A stretch of 46,127 nucleotides of DNA. Origin: Asterionella formosa. Its lineage: Eukaryota. The notes beneath the pieces are model-generated. The model was given only the letters and a program-made list of their open reading frames with translations, was not told the DNA's origin and did no database searches. Of this stretch, positions 1 through 10,572 are shown one piece after another. The first letter of the stretch is position 1, and the number at the start of each line of letters is the position of its first letter. A program made the translations under genes and the position numbers. The DNA is taken from assembly GCA_002256025.1 (NCBI GenBank), contig NKIB01014205.1, positions 1-46,127 on the forward strand, written 5' to 3'.

Positions 1-134
1 GTTGGATCAGCAGTAGACAACTCAACAATATCTTCGACGTCCTCATCAGCTACAACGCATTGCTTCTCTTCCGAATCAATGCGAATAGAGGCAGCATCAG
101 AAGTTTCAGCCGTACCCACTACTTTGCTGCTCAT
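1..134 (-). CDS. Possible 5' end of a gene running off the left edge (MSSKVVGTAETSDAASIRIDSEEKQCVVADEDVEDIVELSTADP...)
   Basis: ATG at 134 opens a stop-free, acidic, coding-like frame to the window edge; no recognisable domain. Confidence 0.4.
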   Translation of the reverse strand, partial: MSSKVVGTAETSDAASIRIDSEEKQCVVADEDVEDIVELSTADP

Positions 135-329
135 TGCGCCAATTAATCGAGATATAGTCGATGTTGGAAGATTGGTATAGAGATGAGCGGACTACTGATT
201 CTTGTATGACTCACGAAGCTGAAAGGTAATGTATACAGAGTACCGTAGTATATATATAACAAAAAATAGTTGGCGCAATATTTAATAGTGTTGTGCTTGC
301 GTATTTACAGTTATTTTATCAGTGGCAAC

Positions 330-546
330 GGACGTGATACACAGTGATCAATGGCTTGATCAGTGATACAGCATTGGTCAGGGGTCCAAAAACTGTATCA
401 GTGATACACCCATGATACACCGGTGATCAGACCAAAAAAACCGTTGGTGATACACAAAAAGAAACCAAACCGCCATTTTTGTATCATATTTCGGCGATGA
501 TACACCAATGACAACAAATAACAGAATGATAAGAACGGCCCTTTAA
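330..546. repeat. Degenerate array of (G/A)TGATAC(A/C) motifs; probable subterminal repeats of a DNA transposon end
   Basis: About six forward TGATAC and two reverse GTATCA copies in ~180 bp; ends at AACGGCCCTTTAA (minus strand TTAAAGGGCCGTT, resembling a Harbinger terminus). Confidence 0.45.
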
Positions 547-2126
547 TGATAAATCGAATTTATATGATCATATGATCGCCATTATAAGATGCATCACACG
601 AATTAGATGATTTCTATTTGCAGATGTATCATACAATACATGGCACAGAATTTTTTTGCCACATACTACTTATTTCGTTTTCTGAATGATAGATGTATAG
701 TATAAGTATATGATCATGTCAAGTATACTTATAAGAAACAACACACCATAAATGCAGGTCCATAATTGACTTGCAATGTTCATCATATGGCAAGTAAAAC
801 ACATGCATTGCAAGAACATGATGTCTATCATGGAAAAGTTGCATTTACCAGAGTATCTTCTAGTGCAATAAATCTTAGTGATCATTTCAGTAAGGCTCTC
901 CTATATGCAGCGATACAAACCCACTCCAAAATAATGATTGGCTATGGATTCATTGACAGTATTCATCGACAAGCCATGTACATTTTGGAGAAACAATCTC
1001 AAGCTCTTCATCCTGACAATTAACATGATTCTACTTCTCTCATCAACATATGACAAGATGGGGTGGATGTTATGAATTGTTAACGACGAGTATGACTACT
1101 GTTGTACTAATTGTGTCTGATTGTCTTACTTTCTACATGATTCTTTGGCTGCTTCAAGTAGCTAGACTACATATTATGCACTCTCTAAAATGTATAACTC
1201 ACTTCTTTTGAAATATACGCTTCTAAACTCCTATTGAGCTTATCAGGTTTGTTAAATCTCCAATTCCTTTGTCTTGTTCTTCTTGTCTTCACCCTCGTTC
1301 ATAACACCCAAAAGCCTCTTCCCAACCCTTAACCCCTCCCAACTATAGAGCCTTTTCCAGCCCCATTCTCTTTTGTCCTGGCCCAAATAAGTGGCAGTAC
1401 TATTCACTTGGAGCAATACTGGTCTCCTAGTAAACAGCCATTTACCACCATTCACCAGGCAAGGAGAGGGTTGCGTAAGAATGACTAGTACTCCTACTAA
1501 TCAAGACGGCATGGGTGGCCATAGACTGGGAAGAAAAAGACGCATCAACTCACCTGCAATAACAATCACAAATGACTAGCTCAAAAAACAATATTTATGT
1601 TGTTCAAAAGAAGCAATCAACCAGCATTTTTTTTGTGACACAGCTTCGTTGTTTGCTTGGCTCCCAACTAGCTACTTTCAAGATCACTGAGACTGCTGCT
1701 GGCCCTGAAGCACACTCATGTGGAAATGTAGCCAGCAGTTGAATCAATCCCTGCTTGTGCAAGTACCTTGTTAGACTAACAACAGAAAAAATGCACCCAC
1801 CCTTGGTCTGAAGTTGTGAGGTTAAATTCCTGCAATTTTTTGAGAAGGAAATGTTGTGTTCACCTCCCACACTCCTTACCATCCCACACAGTCTTGCCTG
1901 ATGTGCAAGAAATAGTTGGTCATCCCCTAGAAGCAGCTTGTCCTGCCTTCCTAGGCTGTCAGAGTTTCCCTTTTTGCTGCAGCTAAGACAATCCCTTTCA
2001 TGAAAGTAGTTGAGGATTGACATATGCTAACCAATATAGGGAAGCACAGATAGCATAATGAAAAATTTCCTAGAAATAGGGGAGTATGAATGTGCTACAA
2101 GACATCTTATAATTTTTTGGTAGTGT

Positions 2127-2843
2127 CTAGTCTTGCAACTTGGCACACCCTCGCTTTTCGAATTCGTCCCGCAATTGTTTGGTATTGCACAGAGCAGGGA
2201 AAAAATGCACTTGTCCAGGACGTGCACCATTAGCAATGGCGTTGTCTGCGTTGGCTAACTTTCCAGGCCCTTGACTCCACTTGTCACTTGGCGTCTGTGT
2301 CTCTTTGAAGTACACCAAAATGGGACCCTGAGGTTGATCGACCCATCCTTTCGGAAAGAACTCGTAGTTAACAAATGAATCATAAGTCCATCGGTTAGCT
2401 CCACCAACAACCACGTTTTCTCCACTAGAAGCGAGGCTATCGCCTCCTGACTTGAGTTCAAATGCATCTTGGTCAAAGACGAATCGGACACGGGAGGTCT
2501 GAACCAAGAAAAGGATCCCTAACAAGGTAATGAATGGTCCTGGCAAGAGTTGAATGTAGGGGATGAAATCTAGAATCATCCCAGCGACAAGAAAAATAAC
2601 AGCTAGCTTGTAGTCAGGCGCAATGACAACGTCAGGAAGAACAGGCTTCACTTCAATGACCACTGCTGCTGGTTGTGGTGGCTTCAAGCCAGCAAATATT
2701 TTCGTGAAGGCATCGAATGGGGAGCTCATGTGTAATGCTGATGCAGTGGCATGGTTGCTGCTGATCTTTGCACTAGGCAGAGCAAAGCCAGATGCAGAGG
2801 CAACTAACGTGGCCAAGCAGAGAATAGCAATCACTTTCCTCAT
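2127..2843 (-). CDS. DUF3119-family plastid membrane protein (~238 aa)
   Basis: Signal peptide plus ASG-FAL bipartite motif from MRKVIAIL (ATG 2843; alternative 2855); two hydrophobic helices; motifs RFVFDQDAFE, WTYDSFVNYEFF, PILVYFKETQ, GQVHFFP. Confidence 0.8.
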   Translation of the reverse strand: MRKVIAILCLATLVASASGFALPSAKISSNHATASALHMSSPFDAFTKIFAGLKPPQPAAVVIEVKPVLPDVVIAPDYKLAVIFLVAGMILDFIPYIQLLPGPFITLLGILFLVQTSRVRFVFDQDAFELKSGGDSLASSGENVVVGGANRWTYDSFVNYEFFPKGWVDQPQGPILVYFKETQTPSDKWSQGPGKLANADNAIANGARPGQVHFFPALCNTKQLRDEFEKRGCAKLQD

Positions 2844-3150
2844 CACGATGGTCATGTGAAAGTGGAGTGAACCAAGATTCCAGTCAAAGATATGTGCGTA
2901 TTGTTCACTGATGAAAAAATGAAATTTATTATGTTCGAATATATATATGATGTCTTCATAATAACATAACACTACCAGTAAGACCGGAGTTTTGTTATTC
3001 ATACGCATGAGTGCAAGCACCGCCGATATCTGGTACTCCTACCAGCCAGATATGTACCAGAGCAAGTTGTGGTAATTTTACTGAAATAAACGTTTAGCTA
3101 TCATTATCCCATATTAGATTGTTTGTTGAGCAAAATGAACGCAACTTGCG

Positions 3151-3345
3151 GGTACCAATACCTGGTGCCTTCTATACTCTAAGCTCAAGCAATCATTTAT
3201 GGCCTTGCATATAAGTACAGGTAGATAGGACAGTTTACCTTGTACCAGGGTACCAGGTACAATTACACCACTTAGTGCCAGGTATTGGTACCAGGTAGCA
3301 GGTGGTCACCAGGTGCCAGTACCTGGTACCTGGTACCAGTACTGT
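3151..3345. repeat. GGTACC/CCWGG palindromic low-complexity array in divergent promoter region
   Basis: e.g. GTACCAGGGTACCAGGTAC and CAGTACCTGGTACCTGGTACCAGTAC. Confidence 0.75.
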
Positions 3346-3857
3346 TCTGAACATATACAGGGTTTATTGTACCGGGATATGTGCAATGTGGTATGTATGT
3401 AAGAGTAGACCAAATATCAGGCACCATCGGCCACCACTATCATTGTTGAAATTTATGGCGCTTCTTCCTAGAACAAGCTCGCTCCAGTACTGCCCTGGAA
3501 TGACCGGTCTAGATCTTGCTCGTGCCGCTCGTTTGCTTATCATTCAATTCTGCTACCGGTACAGTACCGGTATTTGGTTTATAAATACCGTATGTACTGG
3601 TCGTGTCTATTTCCATTTACCGGTAGACATTTCAGACTACATCTAGTCTTCGGACACCTGTCGACATTAACAGCCTAACAGACATGTCCTGACAAACCAT
3701 CAGCCATCAGTTTCCTGGTTCGTCGCTCGTCCCCATCTAGAATCATAATAACAATACGCCTTCCAGCAAGATTAACGTCCACACCAACTCACCATCATGT
3801 GAATGACGTTGTGGCTCCCCTCACGACACCAAGAAGCAACGATCCGCAGACCAGAGC

Positions 3858-5672
3858 ATGAGCGTCTTCCAACTGCTGCTCTCGGCAGTGGGACTCCTTA
3901 TTCTGTTGCCGCCGCCGGCGTCAGCGTTCTTGCAACGTCCGAGTATTCGATCTGCCTTCAGCAGATCGGATCACTGCCCGAGTGAATGGTCCGCCTTGAA
4001 AGTATTGAGCGAGGGCGACGCCGAGCCCAAAAATAATTCGTATCTAGCGACGTGCATACCTGGCCTCTCCAATGTGCTCGCTGGCGAACTCCAAGCGCTG
4101 GGAGCAGTCAACGTGGAAACGTCGGGCAACGCTGCCGTTACCTTTCAAGGCTCGTCCAAGACTGGACTGCACGCCCTGCTCTGGCTTCGTACTGTCCACC
4201 GCTTAATGGAGCTCGTTGCGTCGGAAAGGAATCTGGAAACGAGACAGCACTTGCACGATTTTGTCTCTGACAATGTCAATGTCCAACAACTACTAGGCAA
4301 CGGAAGTGGCGGACTGCTCACTTTGTCAGTTCACTCCATTCTCAACCAACCCTCGTTATTGCCCAAGGACCTCACGCACTCACATTTTACTTCACTCACC
4401 ATCAAAAACGCGCTTTGTGATATTGTACGGGACCTCCGGGGAGATCGACCGGACGTGGAGTTGGAAAATCCCGACGTACCACTTGTTTGTGTTCTTAGGG
4501 GTATGCCAGGGAACACTGCTGAAGCATCGCTCTATCGACAGTTGCATTCCCCTGGATCGTTACACAAGAGAGGCTATCGGGGAGATTCGGCCATCCACAA
4601 AGCTGCGATGAAGGAGTCCTTGGCGGCAGGTTTATTGTTGGGTGCTGGGTGGGGCGACAAGGTCAACGAATTGAAAGCAGTCCCAACGCCAACGACTGTC
4701 TTGGACCCCATGGCGGGGTCTGGATCATTCATTTTAGAAGCGGCCATGATAGCAGCTGATATTGCGCCTGGTTTGATGCGTATCAAGTGTACCGGTCCGC
4801 TACAGCCACCTGTCTTGCGGTGGAAGTCAAGTCAAGGGTTGGAAGACACGTGGAAGGAACTACTGATAGAATCGACCCAACGAGCCAAGAATGGATTACA
4901 GTGGTGTAAGAATGGACCTTTGAAATTCATTGCAAATGATATTCATTCGGGGGCACTCGATATTTGTGAAACTTCCCTACAACAAGCAGGGTTGTTGCAA
5001 CTCGTGGAACTCCGACAAGGTGATTGTGTGGATTTGAAGGTTCCACAGGACGCGGCCACACTTGTTTTTACTAACCCACCGTGGGGTGTAAGGTTAGATA
5101 ATGACATGAATGCTAGTTGGGAGTCATTGCGACACTTGCTGCGAGATTCTTGTCCGCCAAACACGGAGGCGTGGGTCTTGTCAGGAAATAAGGTAGCAAC
5201 CAAACATCTTGGATTGAAGCGTAGTAATAGTTTGCAAGTCAAGACAGCCGAACAAGACTTGAGGTGGATTCAGTACTTAATTTTGGACGAGGAAGGGGTA
5301 GCACGGCTCAAGGAGGCAAGTGGAAACTACAGGGAATATGAAGACGAGGACGGGTACGTGAAGCCACAACAAACACCCCCTCGTGCCGAGAGACCGGATA
5401 ATAACTGGATAGCTGATCGAGCTCCATCGCGTCTGGACAAGGGGAAAACCAGTAGCTACGATCAACGTCAATCTTCAGGTGGTAGGGGGTACGAACGGCG
5501 GCATTCATCTGGTGGTCGAGAAAGAACTGATAAAAACGTTGTTGGTGGATGGGAAAGTCGAGGAAGGGGGCATTATGAAAAACAACAAACGGAACGACGT
5601 AGAGCCAGTGATGTGACACCACTGACCGACAAGGAACGTGAAGCCAACAAGTCATCATGGTATATCGAGTAA
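3858..5672 (+). CDS. rlmL: THUMP-domain rRNA guanine-N2 methyltransferase, RlmL-like, plastid-targeted
   Basis: Signal peptide + ASAF; THUMP region; SLHKRGYR...AAMKESLAAGLL; SAM motif LDPMAGSGSF; catalytic-type NPPW; no RlmK half; low-complexity C-tail. Confidence 0.85.
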   Translation: MSVFQLLLSAVGLLILLPPPASAFLQRPSIRSAFSRSDHCPSEWSALKVLSEGDAEPKNNSYLATCIPGLSNVLAGELQALGAVNVETSGNAAVTFQGSSKTGLHALLWLRTVHRLMELVASERNLETRQHLHDFVSDNVNVQQLLGNGSGGLLTLSVHSILNQPSLLPKDLTHSHFTSLTIKNALCDIVRDLRGDRPDVELENPDVPLVCVLRGMPGNTAEASLYRQLHSPGSLHKRGYRGDSAIHKAAMKESLAAGLLLGAGWGDKVNELKAVPTPTTVLDPMAGSGSFILEAAMIAADIAPGLMRIKCTGPLQPPVLRWKSSQGLEDTWKELLIESTQRAKNGLQWCKNGPLKFIANDIHSGALDICETSLQQAGLLQLVELRQGDCVDLKVPQDAATLVFTNPPWGVRLDNDMNASWESLRHLLRDSCPPNTEAWVLSGNKVATKHLGLKRSNSLQVKTAEQDLRWIQYLILDEEGVARLKEASGNYREYEDEDGYVKPQQTPPRAERPDNNWIADRAPSRLDKGKTSSYDQRQSSGGRGYERRHSSGGRERTDKNVVGGWESRGRGHYEKQQTERRRASDVTPLTDKEREANKSSWYIE

Positions 5673-6263
5673 TTGAGCAGGGTGTGTGCGCCATAGCTTT
5701 GGTTATTCTATTGAATACTGAGCGTTTTCGTTCCTCACTTGGGTCTTGGATCACTCAATGTATTCATGTTAGCTGAAGATTTCAATTGCTATAGTTACAA
5801 AGATCTTGAGTGGGTGCCCGAGAACAATTCCAACTATAGGCAAATGGGCTTACTATAATGGCAATCCTAGATTTGACGTTGCTGATACAACGAGGTAGTC
5901 AACGACGCACTAATTGTTCGCCTTTACTTACATGATCTGGAAATTCAATCTTCCACCACAAGCTAGACCCTTGTATAGTTCCAGCCTGACCTCAGTGCAC
6001 TAGTGATGTCGTAAAGAGTTAACGAAGCAAGCTACAAACTGGACATATTTGTCCCCTATCGGTAGACTACCTCTCAACACTTCTGGTACCACCGTACTTC
6101 CAGCAGCACTATCGTCTGTCATCATGAGGATTGTCAATTGATGGGTCCCCTACTAAATTATTAGTACCAGGTACGGTAGTTCTATTTCCTCCACAGTTGT
6201 AACACCGGTATTGAGGTTCGGAGAGCGATCATGAAGAGAAGTCCCGGTGCTGCTCCAGGGGGT

Positions 6264-6410
6264 GGTACCTGGTAGTACGGAGGACCTGGTACCTGGTACT
6301 ACCGGTACTCAGGAAGAATGGCAGGTAATAGGGAGTACCGGTTGCACCTGTTACCAGGTCCCAGCTACCTGGTACCTGGTACCAGGGACTTATGTACCGG
6401 TACCGGTACG
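6264..6410. repeat. GGTACC/CCWGG palindromic array upstream of the PAS-repeat gene
   Basis: GGACCTGGTACCTGGTACTACCGGTAC; CTACCTGGTACCTGGTACCAGG; GTACCGGTACCGGTAC. Confidence 0.75.
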
Positions 6411-6936
6411 CCGATTAGCCATCCCAAAAAGCGGAGCGATACCTGTACGTACTTGTTTTGAGATGATGTTCTTCAGCAGCACCAGAGTTTGCAGCGAGCT
6501 TGCAAGGATTCTTCTTTGCGAACCCTGGAGAACCCGCGTCATGGGCTTGTGCTTGACGCCATGTTTCCACTCAAAAAGTGGGAATAGTAAGGATCGGGAT
6601 AAGGAATTGCCCCCTAGTTGATCTGTCTATTGCCCTAAAGCTGCTACCTCAGTTTTATCGTATTTCGATTGGTGGAGTTATGAGAACTCCTGACAGAAAT
6701 GAAGTCACTTTTTTCGCCCATCAGCATGAGAACTCCGATTGATGTGAACGATTGACAATGCAAAATCTCCACCAGTAAATGGAAAAAACTGCTCCAGTAA
6801 AGAACAGGCAGAGCCTCACAATTTCACTGCAATCCTTCGGTGCAGGCATTGGCAGGCACCTTTCGTCCTTCACATAAAAGGAGCATTTCACTCCCGGTAG
6901 TTCTCTCACAATTTCAGTATAGCACTCCAGTTCATC

Positions 6937-8235
6937 ATGATGTTTTCTCGCATTGCCACGTCTACCGCCAAGCGCACGTCTAAGTCAAGACGTGGCTTGG
7001 CGTCTGCGTGGTCGGGCGATCTCTCCTTTTCATCTCCTGAATCTGACTTTTTGTGGCATGCTGTCCCGCGATCGGGCCACAGTGGTGCTCATGCCCACCA
7101 TGAGTGGACTCGATCGCTTTCCTTTGCCTCACCGGAATCCGATTTCAAGTCATCCTTCGAAGTCCATCATTTGACTGCACCTCCTGCAGAATGGTCAGCA
7201 CAAATTTCATTTGCGTCCCCAGAAGCAGACTACACTTGTAATCCCACTGCTCCTGATGCCGAATGGTCCAATCACTACTCTTTTACATCGCCAGAATCAG
7301 ATTTCAAGGCTCACATATTAACACTCTCTCAACAGCAAGCGCAAGTTTATGACGACCTTGTCCATCGCAATGAACAACCTCGTGAATCCGACGCTTCTCC
7401 AGTTCCTGTTTGGTCCGGTGATCTCTCCTTTTCATCGCCTGAATCTGATTTTCTTGCAGAAACCAACCCCCGATTCGATCACGTCGGAGAACACCATGAT
7501 TGGACCCAATCTCTTACCTTTGCCTCTCCAGAATCCGATTTTCAGTCGTCATTCGACGAACACCACATGTCCGCACCTGTTTCGGAATGGTCGGAAGGGC
7601 TCTCGTTTGCTTCTCCAGAAGCAGATTTCACTTGCAACCCAACGGCCCCCGACATTGAATGGTCCAATCATTACTCCTTCTCCTCGCCAGAATCTGATTT
7701 CGCCATTTTGGCGCTACCAGAACAGCAGGGGCAAGAATATCTTAATGACTTTCTTTCTCGACACCCACTCTACCACCAATCCATCTTACATCCAGAATCT
7801 GCCCTTGGTGAGATTCCGGTACATCATTTGATGTCATCACTCCCCGTCGAACCCCTTCCACGCTCGCTGGCCGATGCCATGAGCGACACTCGCGCCGTGG
7901 TCATTACGTCTGCTGAAAAGCCTTTTGAAATTGTCGATGTGAACGACGCATGGGTGGGACTCTGTGGGTTCGAGCGAGCCGAGGCTTTGCAGGGTTCACT
8001 CAAGATGCTTCAGGGACAGGCTACCAATATAAGTGCACTGGATAGTCTCATGGCCAGCCTCCAGCAAGGGCAAGAGGCTCAAACATTGGTGACGAATTAC
8101 AAAAAGTCTGGGGCTGCATTTTTGAATCATGTGCAAGCGGGTGTGATTCGTGATGCGCAGACGCAGGAAGTGACACACTTTGTGGGTGTCTTGCAAGAGA
8201 TTCTTCTTCAAGATCAACGTATGTCCGCGTACTAA
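6937..8235 (+). CDS. Protein with 8 WSxxLSFxSPESDF repeats and a C-terminal LOV-like PAS domain; mitochondrial-type presequence
   Basis: 432-aa intronless ORF; N-terminus R/S/K/T-rich without acidic residues; repeats at 7009-7701; PAS motifs VVIT..PFEIVDVNDAWVGLCGF..EA..SLKMLQG..TNYKKSG..FLNH..HFVGVL. Confidence 0.85.
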   Translation: MMFSRIATSTAKRTSKSRRGLASAWSGDLSFSSPESDFLWHAVPRSGHSGAHAHHEWTRSLSFASPESDFKSSFEVHHLTAPPAEWSAQISFASPEADYTCNPTAPDAEWSNHYSFTSPESDFKAHILTLSQQQAQVYDDLVHRNEQPRESDASPVPVWSGDLSFSSPESDFLAETNPRFDHVGEHHDWTQSLTFASPESDFQSSFDEHHMSAPVSEWSEGLSFASPEADFTCNPTAPDIEWSNHYSFSSPESDFAILALPEQQGQEYLNDFLSRHPLYHQSILHPESALGEIPVHHLMSSLPVEPLPRSLADAMSDTRAVVITSAEKPFEIVDVNDAWVGLCGFERAEALQGSLKMLQGQATNISALDSLMASLQQGQEAQTLVTNYKKSGAAFLNHVQAGVIRDAQTQEVTHFVGVLQEILLQDQRMSAY

Positions 8236-8885
8236 CAAGCTTACACTGCAACACTTTGCACGTAACGTAGTCCATGTTATGGTCGCTGTGACACTACTAT
8301 CTGCCATTAGTTTAAAGAGAATTATATTAGTATAAACTATTAATTTTTTCAAGACCTGCAAGACTTTGTCTCATGCCATTGATGAGCAAAACCACCACCG
8401 TGTCGGCAATAACCTTTCGAAAAATGCTTTATTTACCAAATCCTGTTCACGTGGTATGTATTAGAAAGTTTGTCTTGGGTATAAATGTAGAGCAACAAGT
8501 TTTTCATCATGCGTATATATGTATAGCTAGACCCGGTTCTCTATTGATGAAATATCAATGTGCTGTGGAACTCCTCCCAGCCATGCACAGTTTTGTCTAA
8601 CGAACAAATCATCATAATAGCGGTACAACTACGGTATCCTAGGTGCTATGTGAAGCGTGCGACATGCTGGCAACGCCAGGAACCAAACCCTTCTAGCAAA
8701 TGAGTAGTCATAAAGCGCTTAATATAAGTGAGGTTAAATTTTAAAGTGTCAGGGTATAGGAATGGCAAGAAAGTCTTGACTATTTCCTTGATTACTTGTT
8801 TACTGAAAAGAGACTGGCTGATAGGTCAACTGACAAATGCCTTACAGTGTTTTGAACAAGTCAATGCAGCGAAACTTAATGTGCT

Positions 8886-9010
8886 ACAGTCTTCAGCAGG
8901 ACCCAGACACTAAAAAGAGATTTCTGATGTTTTAGATTTCTATAGAAAGCAGTCTTCAGCGGCACTCAGATTTTTTAGATCTCTATAAAAATCGTCTTGA
9001 GACTGCTCAG
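8886..9010. repeat. Degenerate tandem repeats (CAGTCTTCAGC...TTTAGAT(T/C)TCTATA), probable transposon subterminal region
   Basis: CAGTCTTCAGC twice plus CGTCTTGAGAC; TTTAGATTTCTATAGAAA vs TTTAGATCTCTATAAAAA. Confidence 0.45.
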
Positions 9011-9224
9011 AAGGAACTGGAAGAGTTGAAACATAATGGCTATAACTCCGAAAATTCTGATGTAGTTCAGACTTGGCTAGAAATTAAGAAATGCAAGAGA
9101 AAGAGGGATAACTATTTTCATCTGCTTTCAGAAGATGAAACATCAGACTAAATCCAAGTAATGAATAAATTAATTATTAATCAACATAATAAATTTATTT
9201 CATGCAATTCTTTTCTCCTTCTTT

Positions 9225-9570
9225 TTATAATGACAGGGTTGCAAGCCCAAGGTTCTCAATCTGGTAAGAATAACGTCTCTCATAACAGAGCTGCCAGGGA
9301 AAATACACAATGGTTCCACAGTTGGTAAATATCCCTAACCAAAAGGGTGATGAGGCGACTGGGATTATTTCAGAAAGTATTTGATTGTCATCCAAAACCT
9401 TGTTATCGATTTTCTTCTCATCAATAACATAATTGTGAAGTCGAGCAAATGATTCAAGAACTTGTGCAGATGTTTCCAAGCTTGTTGATTTTTTAAAAGT
9501 TTGTTCAAAAGCTACTTGGTCACTGCATCTTCCTGGTGCAATCACACCAAAATAGATGAATCGTGATGAC
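9225..9570 (-). mobile_element. PIF/Harbinger (DDE_Tnp_4-like) transposase remnant, internally deleted
   Basis: RFIYFGVIAPGRCSDQVAF matches the RF..APG..D..F segment, joined directly to the C-terminal ARLHNYVID motif; AT-rich, CpG-poor surroundings. Confidence 0.65.
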
Positions 9571-10059
9571 AGAGGAAGAGGAAATCCAGAATAATGGTGT
9601 CATCATCTGTTTCAAGATCAAAATCATCACTGTCATCAAGTAACTCCAGAGGCTATGACATAATTGATGCTATTTCTCATTATGGGTTTTTGTTGTAATA
9701 TTATTTATTCATAATATATACTGCTGCATGACCATCAAAATTGTCTGGAGGGATATACAAATGATTGTCGCTGGCCTGTTGCCATTGAAAATCTGAGTTA
9801 CACCATGATACACTGTGATACAAATTAGTGATAAAATTTTATGTGGAGAATGGAGGAAATTCAGTTCACCAGGTACTCTTACTCCTATTGGTTGATCAAT
9901 TCATGCTGGCTGCTGTCCCGTGTACCGAGTAAGCAGTGAATGCAGGGACGGAGGACACCAGGACGACAAAGAAAAGCATTCGAAGTGACGTCATATCTGG
10001 GGATGCGAACCCCATTGGAAACTACAACTACAAAAAGAGTCGAAGTGCCGTTCTTACAA

Positions 10060-10405
10060 TTGGTACCAGGTAATGTCTGGTACGTTCACTACAGCAGTAG
10101 TGCCTGGTAGAGTACCAGGTACCTGGTACTGCCAATGCATCATACATGGAGTAACGGCACAGCCCTTACAAATAAAAAATTCAGGTGGCAGCAGGCAGAA
10201 AAAAGAGGATCCGGTCTGCAGGTGGTGGCGGCGGCTGTGAAAAATGTTGGATCCATGATCAGAGGCAGTCGTCCTTGTGACCAATAATATATATGGTATA
10301 TATATACCGGTATGTTGATTAATTATATATGTACCAGTACTCCGAATTTTGCAAGGCAAATACATACCCGTTGATAGACTACCGGTACCGGTGTACTGGT
10401 ACCGT
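10060..10405. repeat. GGTACC/CCWGG/TACCGGTA arrays upstream of citrate synthase
   Basis: GTACCAGGTACCTGGTAC near 10112; TACCGGTACCGGTGTACTGGTACCG near 10380. Confidence 0.7.
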
Positions 10406-10572
10406 AATACCTATTATTCTTAGGATCTGCTGGCAGGCAGATTGTCGGTTTGTAGCTTCGCTGATGCTGTGTCTTTGGCCTAATTCTTTCGGTGTCCATT
10501 CATCCTTAGTCGTCGACGCAATTGATCACAACAGCAACTACCAGGTACCGAAAGTGATTGAAACATATTACC

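Noticed and set aside
2844..3020. N-terminal extension of the DUF3119 ORF (likewise 43547-43660 for RlmE)
   Set aside because: AT-rich, UTR-like sequence upstream of a convincing targeting-peptide start
4052..5754. Numerous antisense and alternate-frame ORFs within long genes (also in the PPR, kinase, AFG1 and RbgA genes)
   Set aside because: Shadow ORFs with no motifs, expected from codon structure
6247..6621. ORFs rich in VPGT/YQV/WYL (also 3302-3646, 10054-10365, 27576-27908, 39292-39645, 40625-40945)
   Set aside because: Translation artefacts of the stop-poor GGTACC/CCWGG arrays
7009..7701. Regularly spaced repeats that could suggest a CRISPR array
   Set aside because: Conservation is at amino-acid level with synonymous variation, inside an ORF; eukaryotic context with no cas genes
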